Positions 21,432 to 33,400 of a stretch of 64,000 bases of DNA are shown piece by piece. The position numbers and the translations under genes are program-made. Origin of the DNA: Pseudomonadota bacterium (GTDB lineage: Bacteria > Pseudomonadota > Gammaproteobacteria > GCA-002705445 > GCA-002716945); NCBI GenBank assembly GCA_036140295.1, contig JAYZYL010000002.1, positions 64,440 through 128,439 on the forward strand. The letters are read 5' to 3'. The stretch's first letter is position 1; every line of letters begins with the position of its first letter. The notes under the pieces are model-generated. The model saw nothing but the letters and a program-made list of their open reading frames with translations. It searched no databases and was not told the origin of the DNA.

Positions 21432-22226
21432 TTATTTTTTATTAGCAATTTTATTATTTTGTTGGTACATGACCCATTTTTGATATTCAGTCTTAGTTAC
21501 TGCTTTAACAACAATAGGCATAAAGGCATGATCCTTTCCGCATAATTCTGCACATTGTCCTCTATATATTCCTGTTTTTTTAATATCAAACCACATTTCA
21601 TTTATGTAGCCAGGAATAGCATCTTTTTTACCTCCAAGTTCTGGTACCCACCAAGCATGTATAACATCACTTGCTGTTAATAGTATTCTGACTTTAGTAT
21701 TGATTGGAAGTATTACAGGATTGTCAACATTTCGTAGGTAATGTTTAACCGATTTTGCCTCTATATTTGAGTTTAACTGTCTTGCTCTATTACTTTCTGC
21801 ATCAAGTTTACTAAGAAAAGAAATATTTTCATCAAGATATTCGTATCCCCACATCCATTGATAACCCGTTACCTTTAATGTAATCTCAGCATCAGTTGTG
21901 TCTTCCATGAGAATTAATGTTTTGGTTGCTGGGATTGCCATACCAACTAGAATTAAAAATGGTATTACTGTCCAGATTATTTCGATCTTAGTACTTTCAT
22001 GAAAATTGGCTGGTTGGGCACCCTTAGATTGTCTATGGTAAATTATCGAATAAATCATCGCTCCAAAAACTACGATACCAATTACTACACAAATCCAAAG
22101 GATTAACATGTGGAGGTCATATGCAGCTTCACTAATTGTAGTAACCCCAACGGGCATATTTAGTTCCCACTCTGCTGATGCGGGAGCTGAAATTATAGAT
22201 AACAATAAAACAATATATTTCCGCAT
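21432..22226 (-). CDS. coxB: Cytochrome c oxidase subunit II (CuA domain only, no fused cytochrome c domain visible)
   Basis: Signal peptide, two TM helices and the CuA site HAWWVPELG...[12 protein letters not shown]. There is no CxxCH motif. Confidence 0.95.
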   Translation of the reverse strand: MRKYIVLLLSIISAPASAEWELNMPVGVTTISEAAYDLHMLILWICVVIGIVVFGAMIYSIIYHRQSKGAQPANFHESTKIEIIWTVIPFLILVGMAIPATKTLILMEDTTDAEITLKVTGYQWMWGYEYLDENISFLSKLDAESNRARQLNSNIEAKSVKHYLRNVDNPVILPINTKVRILLTASDVIHAWWVPELGGKKDAIPGYINEMWFDIKKTGIYRGQCAELCGKDHAFMPIVVKAVTKTEYQKWVMYQQNNKIANKK

Positions 22227-22298
22227 TAAGCTTCCTTGTTAATTTGGCTAATATTTTAACAAAATATTAGTACTTATGGAATTTCTAATTAAGCAAAT

Positions 22299-23126
22299 TT
22301 AGATCTTTTTAATTTGTATGACCTTTTTATCTTTAGGGAAATCTTTTGGTACATTATTCCATGCGATTGAATATATTATTTCATATGTAGTTGAGAAAAA
22401 TTTATTTTCTGTATTTTTCTGACAGGCATTCCTTATTTTTGAGATTGCTTCACGTCCTAGAAATTTTCTCTCATCAGTCATAACAATATTACTTCCTGTA
22501 TTCCTTAATGATTTAAGTAATTCAGTTATATTCTCATATTTTACAGTAATTCTATCAACATCCATGACTGGGTCTGAGAAACCTAAAGATAAAAGTAAAT
22601 CCCCAAAAGTGTGCATGTCTATGAAACTATTTACATGTTGATAGTTGTCAATTTCCTTAAATATTCCTTTTAGCTCCATTAATGTATCTGGTCCAACTGT
22701 AGAAAAAATAAATACTCCGTGTTTTTTTAAGAGGTTTCTTATATCAAAAAAAATTTTTTCTAAATTTTTACACCAATGGAAAGTAAAACTAGAAATTATC
22801 AGGTCAAAATTTGATTTTTTTAATGGTAAGAGTTCAGCATCACCACAAACAACATGCATTTTCTTATTTTTAGATTTACATATGATTGACATATTTTCTG
22901 AAATATCTAAACAACAGAATTTTGCTTTAGGAAAACAAAGCTGTAATTTTTTAGCCAAATATCCTGTTCCTGATCCAATATCTAAGATATTCAATGGTTC
23001 AAACTTTAGATACTTTATTCTATCCACAAGTCTATTGGCAACTTCTTGTTGTATTAAGGAGTTTTCATCATACAAATTTGAACTATTATTAAATGATTTC
23101 TGTATTCTTTCTTTATATTTTTCCAT
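22299..23126 (-). CDS. bioC: Malonyl-ACP O-methyltransferase
   Basis: Class I SAM methyltransferase (ILDIGSGTG) directly downstream of the bioH-like gene. The N-terminal SFNNSSNLYDENSLIQQEVA is typical of BioC. Confidence 0.8.
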   Translation of the reverse strand: MEKYKERIQKSFNNSSNLYDENSLIQQEVANRLVDRIKYLKFEPLNILDIGSGTGYLAKKLQLCFPKAKFCCLDISENMSIICKSKNKKMHVVCGDAELLPLKKSNFDLIISSFTFHWCKNLEKIFFDIRNLLKKHGVFIFSTVGPDTLMELKGIFKEIDNYQHVNSFIDMHTFGDLLLSLGFSDPVMDVDRITVKYENITELLKSLRNTGSNIVMTDERKFLGREAISKIRNACQKNTENKFFSTTYEIIYSIAWNNVPKDFPKDKKVIQIKKI

Positions 23127-23134
23127 ATTTAGAT

Positions 23135-23863
23135 TTAAATAAATTTCTCTATTACATTATAAATTTCTTTTTTAAAGGAAATAAAGGGTATATGTGGCAC
23201 ATCATCTAGAACGCATAATTTAATATGTTTATTTTCTTTAAGTTTTGTAAAAGATGCTGCTCCTAATATTTTATCTTTTCCTCCTTGTATGATTAGTATT
23301 TCTTTTTTTGAATTCATTAAATCATTGAAGAGATCAATATTAGAAATATTATTTAGTCCATTTATAAGAATATCATTGTTAGGAATACTTGATAATTTAA
23401 ATTTTTTTATAAGTAATCTGTAATCAGAAACCTCTTTTGAAGAACTTTTTACGCATTCAAAAAAGAATTTTTTAATTGCCTCTTCTCTATTTAATATTAG
23501 ATTATCCTTTAAGTTGTTTATTGATTTTGAACTAATTGTATTTCTTAATTGGTCATTTGAAATTAAATATGGATGGGAGTTTATAAGAATTATTTTTTCT
23601 ATATTTTTGTAATTTTCTGATAAACCAAGTAGAGCGAGTAATCCACCAAAAGACCAACCAATGATAATTGTAGGTGATGATAAATTCTCAAAAACTTCCT
23701 TGCAATAATTAATTGGACTTAACGTTTTATTTTTATTTCCCCCATAGCCGGGTAAATCAATTAAAATGCTTTCATATTTTTCAGGTATGGTTTTATTGAA
23801 ACCAAACCAAATTCGACTATCAAATAGCCAACCATGCAAAAAAAATATTTTATATTTTTTCAT
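23135..23863 (-). CDS. bioH: Alpha/beta hydrolase, pimeloyl-ACP methyl ester carboxylesterase candidate
   Basis: Nucleophile elbow GWSFGG, a C-terminal His (VPHIPF), and adjacency to bioC. Confidence 0.7.
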   Translation of the reverse strand: MKKYKIFFLHGWLFDSRIWFGFNKTIPEKYESILIDLPGYGGNKNKTLSPINYCKEVFENLSSPTIIIGWSFGGLLALLGLSENYKNIEKIILINSHPYLISNDQLRNTISSKSINNLKDNLILNREEAIKKFFFECVKSSSKEVSDYRLLIKKFKLSSIPNNDILINGLNNISNIDLFNDLMNSKKEILIIQGGKDKILGAASFTKLKENKHIKLCVLDDVPHIPFISFKKEIYNVIEKFI

Positions 23864-23915
23864 TTATAACTCATGTTAACTTTAACTTTTCAATTATTAA
23901 TTATATATTAAATAG

Positions 23916-24521
23916 ATGTCTGAGAATTTTCTTACATTATTAACTCACCCTGACACTTTATTTACTATTCTCTTATTATATATCATAGGATCGTTACCAT
24001 TTGCCATAATAAGTAGCAGATTAATGAATCTCCCTGATCCTAGAAGTTATGGATCAAATAATCCAGGTGCTACAAATGTATTAAGAACAGGAAATAAATT
24101 TGCTGCATTTGTAACATTGCTTGGTGATTCACTAAAAGGTTTTATACCAGTTATCATCCTTATTAGTATTTTCTCGATTGATATATACATTAGTTATTTA
24201 TTATCTCTCTTTATATTACTCGGTCATATGTTCTCCGTCTTTCTAAGGTTTAAAGGGGGGAAAGGTGTGGCAACATCATTTGGAATTATTTTTGCCCTAG
24301 ATTTTAGGGTTGGTTTTTGTTTATTATTAATTTGGTTAATTTCACTATATGTTTTCAGAGTATCAGCCATATCAGCAATTATATCTTTCCTTCTGCTACC
24401 TTTTCTTATAATGTTTTTCATCGACAATGATTTTATTATTTTTTTGGCAATAATAAACTCGATTCTTATAATTACAAAACATTTGGATAGTATTTCTGAT
24501 ATAAGAAATTTTTTTAAATAA
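23916..24521 (+). CDS. plsY: Glycerol-3-phosphate acyltransferase PlsY
   Basis: GSNNPGATNVLRTG and GGKGVAT motifs in a polytopic membrane protein. Confidence 0.9.
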   Translation: MSENFLTLLTHPDTLFTILLLYIIGSLPFAIISSRLMNLPDPRSYGSNNPGATNVLRTGNKFAAFVTLLGDSLKGFIPVIILISIFSIDIYISYLLSLFILLGHMFSVFLRFKGGKGVATSFGIIFALDFRVGFCLLLIWLISLYVFRVSAISAIISFLLLPFLIMFFIDNDFIIFLAIINSILIITKHLDSISDIRNFFK

Positions 24522-25509
24522 TTTTTAAAGATGGGTTAGGTCTTATCTCCAAAGAGTCATTTTTTTCTAGTTTAGATTTCATCCAACCTAAATAAGCGAT
24601 CATTGCGCCATTGTCAGTACTAAACTGTAAATCTGGAAAATAAATATTATCTTTAGAATTTTTTTCTTTCTTAAATCTAGATCTTAGCTTTGTATTTGCA
24701 CTAACACCTCCTACTACAACTATATTTTTTATATTAAGGTCTTGAGCAGCTTTTAATGTTTTCTTTATCAAAACATCAATAATAGCATTTTCAAAATCTA
24801 AAGATATTTCATAAACCGTTTGGTCTGTTAATTTAGTTTCCTTTATGACATTGTTTACATGAGTTTTAAGTCCACTAAAACTAAAATTATAGTCTCCGCT
24901 ATTTGACATAGGTCTAGGAAATTTAAATATAGTTCTACTTGTTTTTTCTGCTGCTTTAGATATTTCTGGTCCACCAGGATAACCAAGTCCAAGCTGACGT
25001 GCAATCTTATCAAAAACTTCACCGGCTGAATCATCTAAAGTCTTTCCAATGATTTTATATTTATTATTTTCACTAACAACAGATAGAAAAGTATGTCCAC
25101 CAGAAACTAATAATGATAAAAAGGGTGGTTCCAACTTAGGTTCAGTCATCATTGCTGAAAAAATATGTGCTTCTAGATGATTAATTTCAATACTTTTTAT
25201 TCCAAGAGTCCACCCAAGTGTTTTCGCAAACGCAGCTCCAGTTAATAATGGGCCCATAAGACCAGGTCCATTTGTAAAAGCAACTAAATTAATATTTTTA
25301 ATGTCAATTTGTGTTTTTAAAAGTAATTCACTGAGTAAAGGAACAATTTTACATGTATGATCTCTAGATGCTAATTCTGGAACTACCCCTCCATACTTGC
25401 TATGTATATCAATTTGAGAGTGCAGTACATGCCCTATAATTCCTTTGTTAGAATCATATAACGCTAAAGCTGTTTCGTCGCATGATGTTTCTATTCCTAA
25501 TATAATCAT
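24514..25509 (-). CDS. tsaD: tRNA N6-adenosine threonylcarbamoyltransferase
   Basis: From the internal Met, MIILGIETSCDETALALYD is the canonical TsaD start. The ORF-track start at 25569 is an extension. It is divergent from rpsU, as in Pseudomonas and E. coli. Confidence 0.95.
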   Translation of the reverse strand: MIILGIETSCDETALALYDSNKGIIGHVLHSQIDIHSKYGGVVPELASRDHTCKIVPLLSELLLKTQIDIKNINLVAFTNGPGLMGPLLTGAAFAKTLGWTLGIKSIEINHLEAHIFSAMMTEPKLEPPFLSLLVSGGHTFLSVVSENNKYKIIGKTLDDSAGEVFDKIARQLGLGYPGGPEISKAAEKTSRTIFKFPRPMSNSGDYNFSFSGLKTHVNNVIKETKLTDQTVYEISLDFENAIIDVLIKKTLKAAQDLNIKNIVVVGGVSANTKLRSRFKKEKNSKDNIYFPDLQFSTDNGAMIAYLGWMKSKLEKNDSLEIRPNPSLKII

Positions 25510-25592
25510 TTGATAATGTTGGTTATAATACTGTTGCTTTATTGTGATATTCAAGTAATATAACGCCATTATAAACTATTTTATATAACTTT

Positions 25593-25817
25593 ATGCCAAG
25601 TGTTCAAATTAGAGAGAATGAACCATTTGAAATAGCCTTAAGAAGATTTAAAAGAATCTGTGAGAAGGCAGGAATTTTGACGGAAATACGTCGAAGAGAG
25701 TTCTATGAAAAGCCTACTGCAATGAGAAAAAGAAAACTTGATGCAGCAACAAAAAGACATAAAAGAAAAATTAGTTTAGGGACAATTAGGAAGAAGCCTC
25801 CATATAAAAAATTCTAA
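25593..25817 (+). CDS. rpsU: 30S ribosomal protein S21
   Basis: [21 protein letters not shown]...REFYEKPT is canonical S21. Confidence 0.95.
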   Translation: MPSVQIRENEPFEIALRRFKRICEKAGILTEIRRREFYEKPTAMRKRKLDAATKRHKRKISLGTIRKKPPYKKF

Positions 25818-25825
25818 ACTCATAG

Positions 25826-26275
25826 ATGCCTGAAAATTCTATTAAAAATAAAATTAAGCTTGATTTAGTTGCTTTTATGAAATCAGGTAACAAAGAGAAA
25901 GTTGATATCATTAGGTTCATCATGTCCTTCATAAATCAAGAGGAAAAAGAAAAGAAAAAAGAATTAAGTGATGGAGAAACTTTAAAAATACTAAAAAAAT
26001 TAATTAAAAAAAATCAAGATGCATATGGTCAATTTATAAAGGCGAAAAGAAATGACCTTGCTGACAAGGAAAAGAAAGAAATGGATCTTATAGAGGATTA
26101 TTTACCAGAAGAGTTAGATGAAAGTAAGATTGTAGATATAGTTAAAGCATCAATAAAAAGTACTGGGGCACAATCAGTAAAAGACATAGGTGCAGTTATG
26201 TCTGATATTAAAAAGAATAATGATGCAATTGACTTGTCTGTAGTTAGTAAACATGTAAAAAATTTACTTTCTTAA
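25826..26275 (+). CDS. GatB/YqeY domain-containing protein
   Basis: It is 149 aa with YqeY-like repeats (...DAYGQFIKAKRNDLADKEKKEMDLIEDYLP...) and sits after rpsU, as in other gammaproteobacteria. Confidence 0.8.
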   Translation: MPENSIKNKIKLDLVAFMKSGNKEKVDIIRFIMSFINQEEKEKKKELSDGETLKILKKLIKKNQDAYGQFIKAKRNDLADKEKKEMDLIEDYLPEELDESKIVDIVKASIKSTGAQSVKDIGAVMSDIKKNNDAIDLSVVSKHVKNLLS

Positions 26276-26338
26276 GAAATCATTTTTAAGTACTTATTGA
26301 AATAAGTTATTACTATATACCTATTAATAATAGTATAA

Positions 26339-27766
<1,428 letters not shown>

Positions 27767-28822
27767 ATGGAAAAAGATTCTGACCATATTCTAATTAAAG
27801 CCATAAAACAAAAACCAATTGAAAGAACTCCAATTTGGATAATGAGACAAGCTGGAAGATATCTCCCAGAATACAAAGAGACAAAAAACGAAGCTGGTGG
27901 ATTTATCAAACTAATAAGAAATCCTGAATTAGCTTGCGAAGTTACACTACAGCCATTAAGAAGATTTTCCTTCGATGCAGCAATTTTATTCTCTGACATA
28001 CTTACTATTTCTGATCTACTAAGAATGGAATTAAAATTTATAGAAAACAAAGGTCCGGTATTTGATCATCCTCTATCTACACAAAAAGATCTAGATAGAA
28101 TTGGTAAACCTGATGAAATTGATAAACTTCATTATGTATTTGAAACAATAAAACTAATAAAAAAGAAGTTGAATAATGAAATTCCTTTAATTGGTTTTAT
28201 TGGAAGCCCTTGGACTGTAGCAACGTATTTGGTAGAAGGTAATTCGTCAAAAAAATTTAATAAAGTTCTAAGAATTTTGAAAGATGACAAAGTTTTCATT
28301 GAGCGCTTATTGGATCAGATAACAGAAATTAGTATTAATTATCTTCAGAGACAGGTGCACTGTGGAGTTGATGTTGCAATGATATTTGATACATGGGGAG
28401 GTTTGTTAGAAAAAGATGAATATGAAAAATTCTCCTTAAAATATATTAAAAGGATAAAAAAATCTTTAGATCTTAAAAAAATTCCTCTTATTTATTATTC
28501 AAGAGGATTAAAGGATAAGCTTGAAAATTTAGGAACTTTGGATGTTGACGTATTAGGTATAGACGCTAATCTTAATCCACAGATCATAAAAAAGAAATTT
28601 GGCAATAAATTTTCAATACAGGGAAATTTAGATACAGAAATATTAAAAAAAGATGAAACAGAAATAGTTGAAGGGGTAGAGAAGGTTTTGTCTAGCTTTG
28701 GACATGGGTCTGGTCATATATTTAATTTGGGTAGTGGTATTACACCAGACATAGATCCAGAAAAAGTTAAATTATTGGTAGATATTCTAAGGGACATAAG
28801 TCCTAAATATCATATAAAATAA
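27767..28822 (+). CDS. hemE: Uroporphyrinogen decarboxylase
   Basis: PIWIMRQAGRYLPEY signature. Its ATG directly abuts the gltD TAA. Confidence 0.95.
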   Translation: MEKDSDHILIKAIKQKPIERTPIWIMRQAGRYLPEYKETKNEAGGFIKLIRNPELACEVTLQPLRRFSFDAAILFSDILTISDLLRMELKFIENKGPVFDHPLSTQKDLDRIGKPDEIDKLHYVFETIKLIKKKLNNEIPLIGFIGSPWTVATYLVEGNSSKKFNKVLRILKDDKVFIERLLDQITEISINYLQRQVHCGVDVAMIFDTWGGLLEKDEYEKFSLKYIKRIKKSLDLKKIPLIYYSRGLKDKLENLGTLDVDVLGIDANLNPQIIKKKFGNKFSIQGNLDTEILKKDETEIVEGVEKVLSSFGHGSGHIFNLGSGITPDIDPEKVKLLVDILRDISPKYHIK

Positions 28823-28826
28823 ATTT

Positions 28827-29351
28827 ATGAATTCAAATATAATTTTTATTATTGGTTTAATGGGATCTGGCAAAACATCTATTGGAAAAGCATTATCAAA
28901 AAAAATAAATAGGAAATTTTTTGATACTGACCAAGAAATAATAAGAAATGAAAATTCAAATATAGGGCAAATTTTTAATAGGTATGGAGAAAATTATTTT
29001 CGTGAGTTAGAATATAAAACCCTGCTGAAGCTAAAAGATAATAATAACAGTATAATCTCAACGGGAGGAGGAATTGTACTTAAAAAAGAAAATATTGATA
29101 TAATGAAGAATAATGGAATTATTATCTTTTTAAATATTGATGTGAAAGAACAGATCATGAGAATAAAAAATAAAAAAAATCGCCCATTGCTTGATAGTAA
29201 AGATCCTGAAAAAGATCTATTAAATATGAAAGATTCTAGAGATAAAGTTTATAATTCAATAGCAAATCTTAAAATTGATGTATCAAGTGACACAAAAAAT
29301 GGAATTGTAAATAGAATTAAAGTTTATTTAAATGAAAAAAATATTACTTAA
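28827..29351 (+). CDS. aroK: Shikimate kinase
   Basis: P-loop GLMGSGKTSIGK and the TGGG motif, followed by aroB. Confidence 0.9.
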   Translation: MNSNIIFIIGLMGSGKTSIGKALSKKINRKFFDTDQEIIRNENSNIGQIFNRYGENYFRELEYKTLLKLKDNNNSIISTGGGIVLKKENIDIMKNNGIIIFLNIDVKEQIMRIKNKKNRPLLDSKDPEKDLLNMKDSRDKVYNSIANLKIDVSSDTKNGIVNRIKVYLNEKNIT

Positions 29352-30408
29352 AGTTAAGAATACTAAAGTCCCCATCTTAATAGGGAAAGATATTCTAAAA
29401 AAAATTAAATATAAAGAATATATACAAAATAAAGATATTGTTATTATTACTAATAAGACAGTAGCTAAACTTTATTTAGCAAAAATAAAATATTCTTTAA
29501 AAGGTTTTAAAGTAGAAAATTATATTCTCCCAGATGGGGAACGCTTCAAAAATATAAATGAACTCAAAAAAATTCATGATTTTTTGATAAATAAAAACTT
29601 TGATCGTCAACTGACAATTATTGCATTAGGTGGCGGGGTTATAGGTGATTTAGCTGGGTTTGCTGCCGATACCTTTTTGAGGGGAGTTGATTTGATACAT
29701 ATCCCAACAACACTATTAGCGCAAGTTGATTCTTCAATTGGAGGAAAGACAGGTGTAAACCATGAAAATGGAAAGAATTTAATTGGTAGTTTTAAACATC
29801 CAAATGCTGTAATTATTGATGTATCTTTACTATCTACTCTTCCAGAACGGCAATTTATCTCAGGGCTAGCAGAAGTCATAAAATATGGGATTATTGGCAA
29901 CAAATCATTCCTTAATTGGTTAAATAAAAATACAGACAATATTCTGAGACATAAATCTCAAGAATTATTAAAAATGGTTTCTGTTTCTGTTAGAGAAAAA
30001 ATAAATATTGTACAAAAAGATGAAAAAGAAAAGGATATTAGAGCATTTTTAAATTTTGGGCATACCCTTGGTCATGCTATTGAAGCATCTCAAAACTACA
30101 AAGGGATGTTGCATGGGGAGGCCGTTGGGATAGGAATGGTCTTTGCGTCTGCAATTTCTGTAGAAAAGAGTACGTTAACAATAGATGATTTTAATCTAAT
30201 CGCTGAGACTATACAAAATTTAAAATTACCAGTAAACATACCCGCAAAAATCAGGACAAGAGATATTATGAAACATTTAAGTTTTGATAAAAAAAGAAAA
30301 TCAGGTAAAAATAACTTTGTTTTACTTAGATCAATTGGTAAATGTTTTCTCACCAATAAAATAAACCAAAGTTTTATCCAAAAAATAGTAGGGGGTTTTA
30401 AACATTAA
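29332..30408 (+). CDS. aroB: 3-dehydroquinate synthase
   Basis: GGGVIGDLAGFAA, a GKTGVNH-type motif and the metal ligands HTLGHAIE...HGEAV. It overlaps aroK by 20 nt. Confidence 0.9.
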   Translation: MKKILLKVKNTKVPILIGKDILKKIKYKEYIQNKDIVIITNKTVAKLYLAKIKYSLKGFKVENYILPDGERFKNINELKKIHDFLINKNFDRQLTIIALGGGVIGDLAGFAADTFLRGVDLIHIPTTLLAQVDSSIGGKTGVNHENGKNLIGSFKHPNAVIIDVSLLSTLPERQFISGLAEVIKYGIIGNKSFLNWLNKNTDNILRHKSQELLKMVSVSVREKINIVQKDEKEKDIRAFLNFGHTLGHAIEASQNYKGMLHGEAVGIGMVFASAISVEKSTLTIDDFNLIAETIQNLKLPVNIPAKIRTRDIMKHLSFDKKRKSGKNNFVLLRSIGKCFLTNKINQSFIQKIVGGFKH

Positions 30409-30450
30409 AACTCTCAAATATATGATAATATAGTCAAAGGTCAGCATTTC

Positions 30451-33400
30451 ATGAATAGAAAACGCACAGAAATTAATGGGTTATATTCTCCTAGTTTTGA
30501 AAAAGATAGCTGTGGATTTGGTTTAATTGCCAATATGGATAATAAGCCATCTCATTGGGTTATTGAAACTAGTATAAAAGCGCTTCAAAGACTAACGCAT
30601 AGAGGAGCAATTGCTGATGATGGAAAAACTAGTGATGGCTGTGGTATCCTAATTAAAAAACCAGACTTATTTTGTCAAAAAATTTCTGATGAAATGGGTG
30701 TTGAATTAAAAAAAAACTATTGTTTGGGAACAATATTTTTAAATAAAGACAAAAAAGAACAACAAAAAGCAAAAGAAACTCTTCTTTTCCAACTAAGAAA
30801 ACAAGGTTTAGTTGTAGAAGGTTGGAGAAAAGTTCCAATTAACAAAAAGGTTTGTGGAAAAGAAGCCCTAAAAAATATTCCAGATATCCAACAGATAATT
30901 ATCACAGCTGATGATGATGTACTTGAGAGTGATTTTGAAAAAAAATTATATATTGCGAGAATACAGTCAGAAAAAATACTTCTTCATGACGATGTTTTTT
31001 ACATATCAAGTCTATCATCGAGAGTAATATCGTACAAAGGATTGATCATCTCTGACAATATAAAAGATTTTTATGTTGATCTAAAAGATAAGAATATGAA
31101 ATCATCTCTATGTGTTTTTCATCAAAGATTCTCAACAAATACGCTGCCTCAATGGAAACTTGCTCAACCATTTAGATACTTAGCCCATAATGGTGAGATA
31201 AACACCATACAAGGTAATCGCCATTGGTATTTTGCAAGAAGGGACAAACTTAAAATTGATGCTCTTCCTGAACTTGAAAAATTGCATCCTTTAATTTCAG
31301 CAGAGGATTCTGACTCCTGTACGTTAGATAATATGTTAGAACTGCTTTTGACTGGAGATATGGGAATATTTAGAGCTATGCGAACCCTAATACCGCCAGC
31401 TTGGCAAAACAATCAGGAAATTGATAATGACTTGAAAGCTTGTTATGAATACCACTCAATGCATATGGAGCCATGGGATGGTCCTGCAGGTATTGTTCTA
31501 ACAGATGGAAGATATGCAGCTTGTGTATTAGATAGAAATGGACTTAGGCCAGCAAGATATCTAATAACATCTGATAGACATATTACATTAGCTTCTGAAA
31601 TAGGTGTATATGACTATAAGGATGAAGATGTCTTAAAAAAAGGTAGGCTTGCTCCAGGTCAAATGCTTGCTGTAGATACAGAAAGCGGAGAATTGCTGCT
31701 GACTGAACAAATAGATAAAATCCTAAAGGAACGACATCCTTATCATCAATGGCTGAATAAATATTCGATGACAATCCCTGATTATGACAGTAATCTTGAA
31801 AAACCAATAAACCTTGACAGTGAAACCTTAAATATTTATAAAAAATTATTTTCAGTATCATTTGAAGAAGAGAAAGAAGTAATAGTTCCACTTGCTGAAA
31901 TGGGCCAAGAAGCAACAGGGTCAATGGGTGATGATACTCCAATGCCTGTAATGTCACAAACTAATAGGTCTATTTATGATTATTTTAGACAGCAATTTGC
32001 ACAAGTAACAAACCCTCCAATAGATTCATTGCGTGAAACAAGTGTAATGTCTTTAGAGGTTTGCCTTGGGAAAGAAAGGAATCTTTTTGAAGAATCCTCT
32101 AAACATGCTGATAGATTAATATTAAAATCTCCTATTCTTGATCGCCAGACCTACAATAAAATCATTACATCAAGACATAAAAAATATCCTTACGATAGTA
32201 TTAATTTAAATTTTGATGATTCAATTGATTTGGAAGAAGCTATAAATACAATATGTGACAGGGTTACACGTAGTGTAAAGAAAGGAAATATTATAATTAT
32301 TCTTTCAGACAAAAAAATAGGGAAAAATCAATTAACAATACCAGCTCCGATGGCTGTTGGAGCTATACATCATAGACTAATTGATAATGGATTGAGATGT
32401 GATTGTAATTTAATTGTAGAAACAGCAACAGCGCGTAATCCTCATCATTTTGCAGTTCTCCTTGGATACGGTGCTACAGCCATATACCCTTATCTTTCAC
32501 TAGAAATACTAAATGAAATGATCTCTAGAAATAATATTAGCCCAAACAATTATTCATCTTATGTAAAAAACTATATAAATGGTATTAATAAAGGAATTCT
32601 AAAAATAATGTCTAAAATGGGTATTTCCTGTATTTCAAGTTATAGAGGTGCTCAACTTTTTGAAATAGTTGGTTTAAATGAAGAAATTATAGATCTATGT
32701 TTTAAAAATAGTGTTAAAAGGATATCTGGTGCAAGTTTCAAAGATATTGAACTAGAAATAGATGAAAATAGAAATCTTGCATGGGACATAAACAAAAAGA
32801 TAAAGACGGGTGGTCTTTTAAAATATGTTCATGGAGAAGAGTTTCATGATTTTAATCCTAATGTTGTGAAAGCATTGCAGGAATGTTCAACTACAGGTGA
32901 CTATGATGATTATAAAAAATTTTCTAATTTGGTGAATAGTAGAGAACCTAGTTTTCTTCGTGATTTGTTGAAACTAAAAACCTCTAATAAGTCAATTCCT
33001 CTTTCCCAAGTTGAATCAATAAAAAAAATTCTTAAAAGATTTGATACAGCTGGAATGTCTCTTGGTGCTCTTTCACCAGAGGCACATGAGGCACTTGCAA
33101 TTGCTATGAATACTATCGGTGGTAGATCTAATTCCGGAGAAGGTGGTGAAGATAAAAAAAGGTTTAATTCAAATAAAACGTCAAAAATTAAACAAGTTGC
33201 TTCTGGAAGGTTTGGTGTAACGCCTCATTATCTTGTGAATGCAGAAGTAATACAAATAAAAATAGCTCAAGGGGCCAAACCGGGAGAGGGAGGTCAACTA
33301 CCTGGGCATAAAGTAAATAAAATGATTGCTACGCTTAGATTTTCAGTACCTGGTGTGACATTAATATCTCCACCTCCTCATCATGATATATATTCTATTG

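Noticed and set aside
22645-23142. 165-aa plus-strand ORF antisense to bioC. Similar long antisense ORFs occur at 27628-28050 (140 aa), 31583-31957 (124 aa), 36192-36575 (127 aa), 29607-29939 (110 aa) and 38664-38957 (97 aa).
   Set aside because: All lie entirely opposite well-supported conserved genes (bioC, gltD/hemE, gltB, dnaG, aroB, ahcY). Their translations are low-complexity (Ser/Leu/Phe/Ile-rich) with no recognisable motifs, which is typical of shadow ORFs on the antisense strand. They are somewhat long for AT-rich DNA, but I see no independent support.
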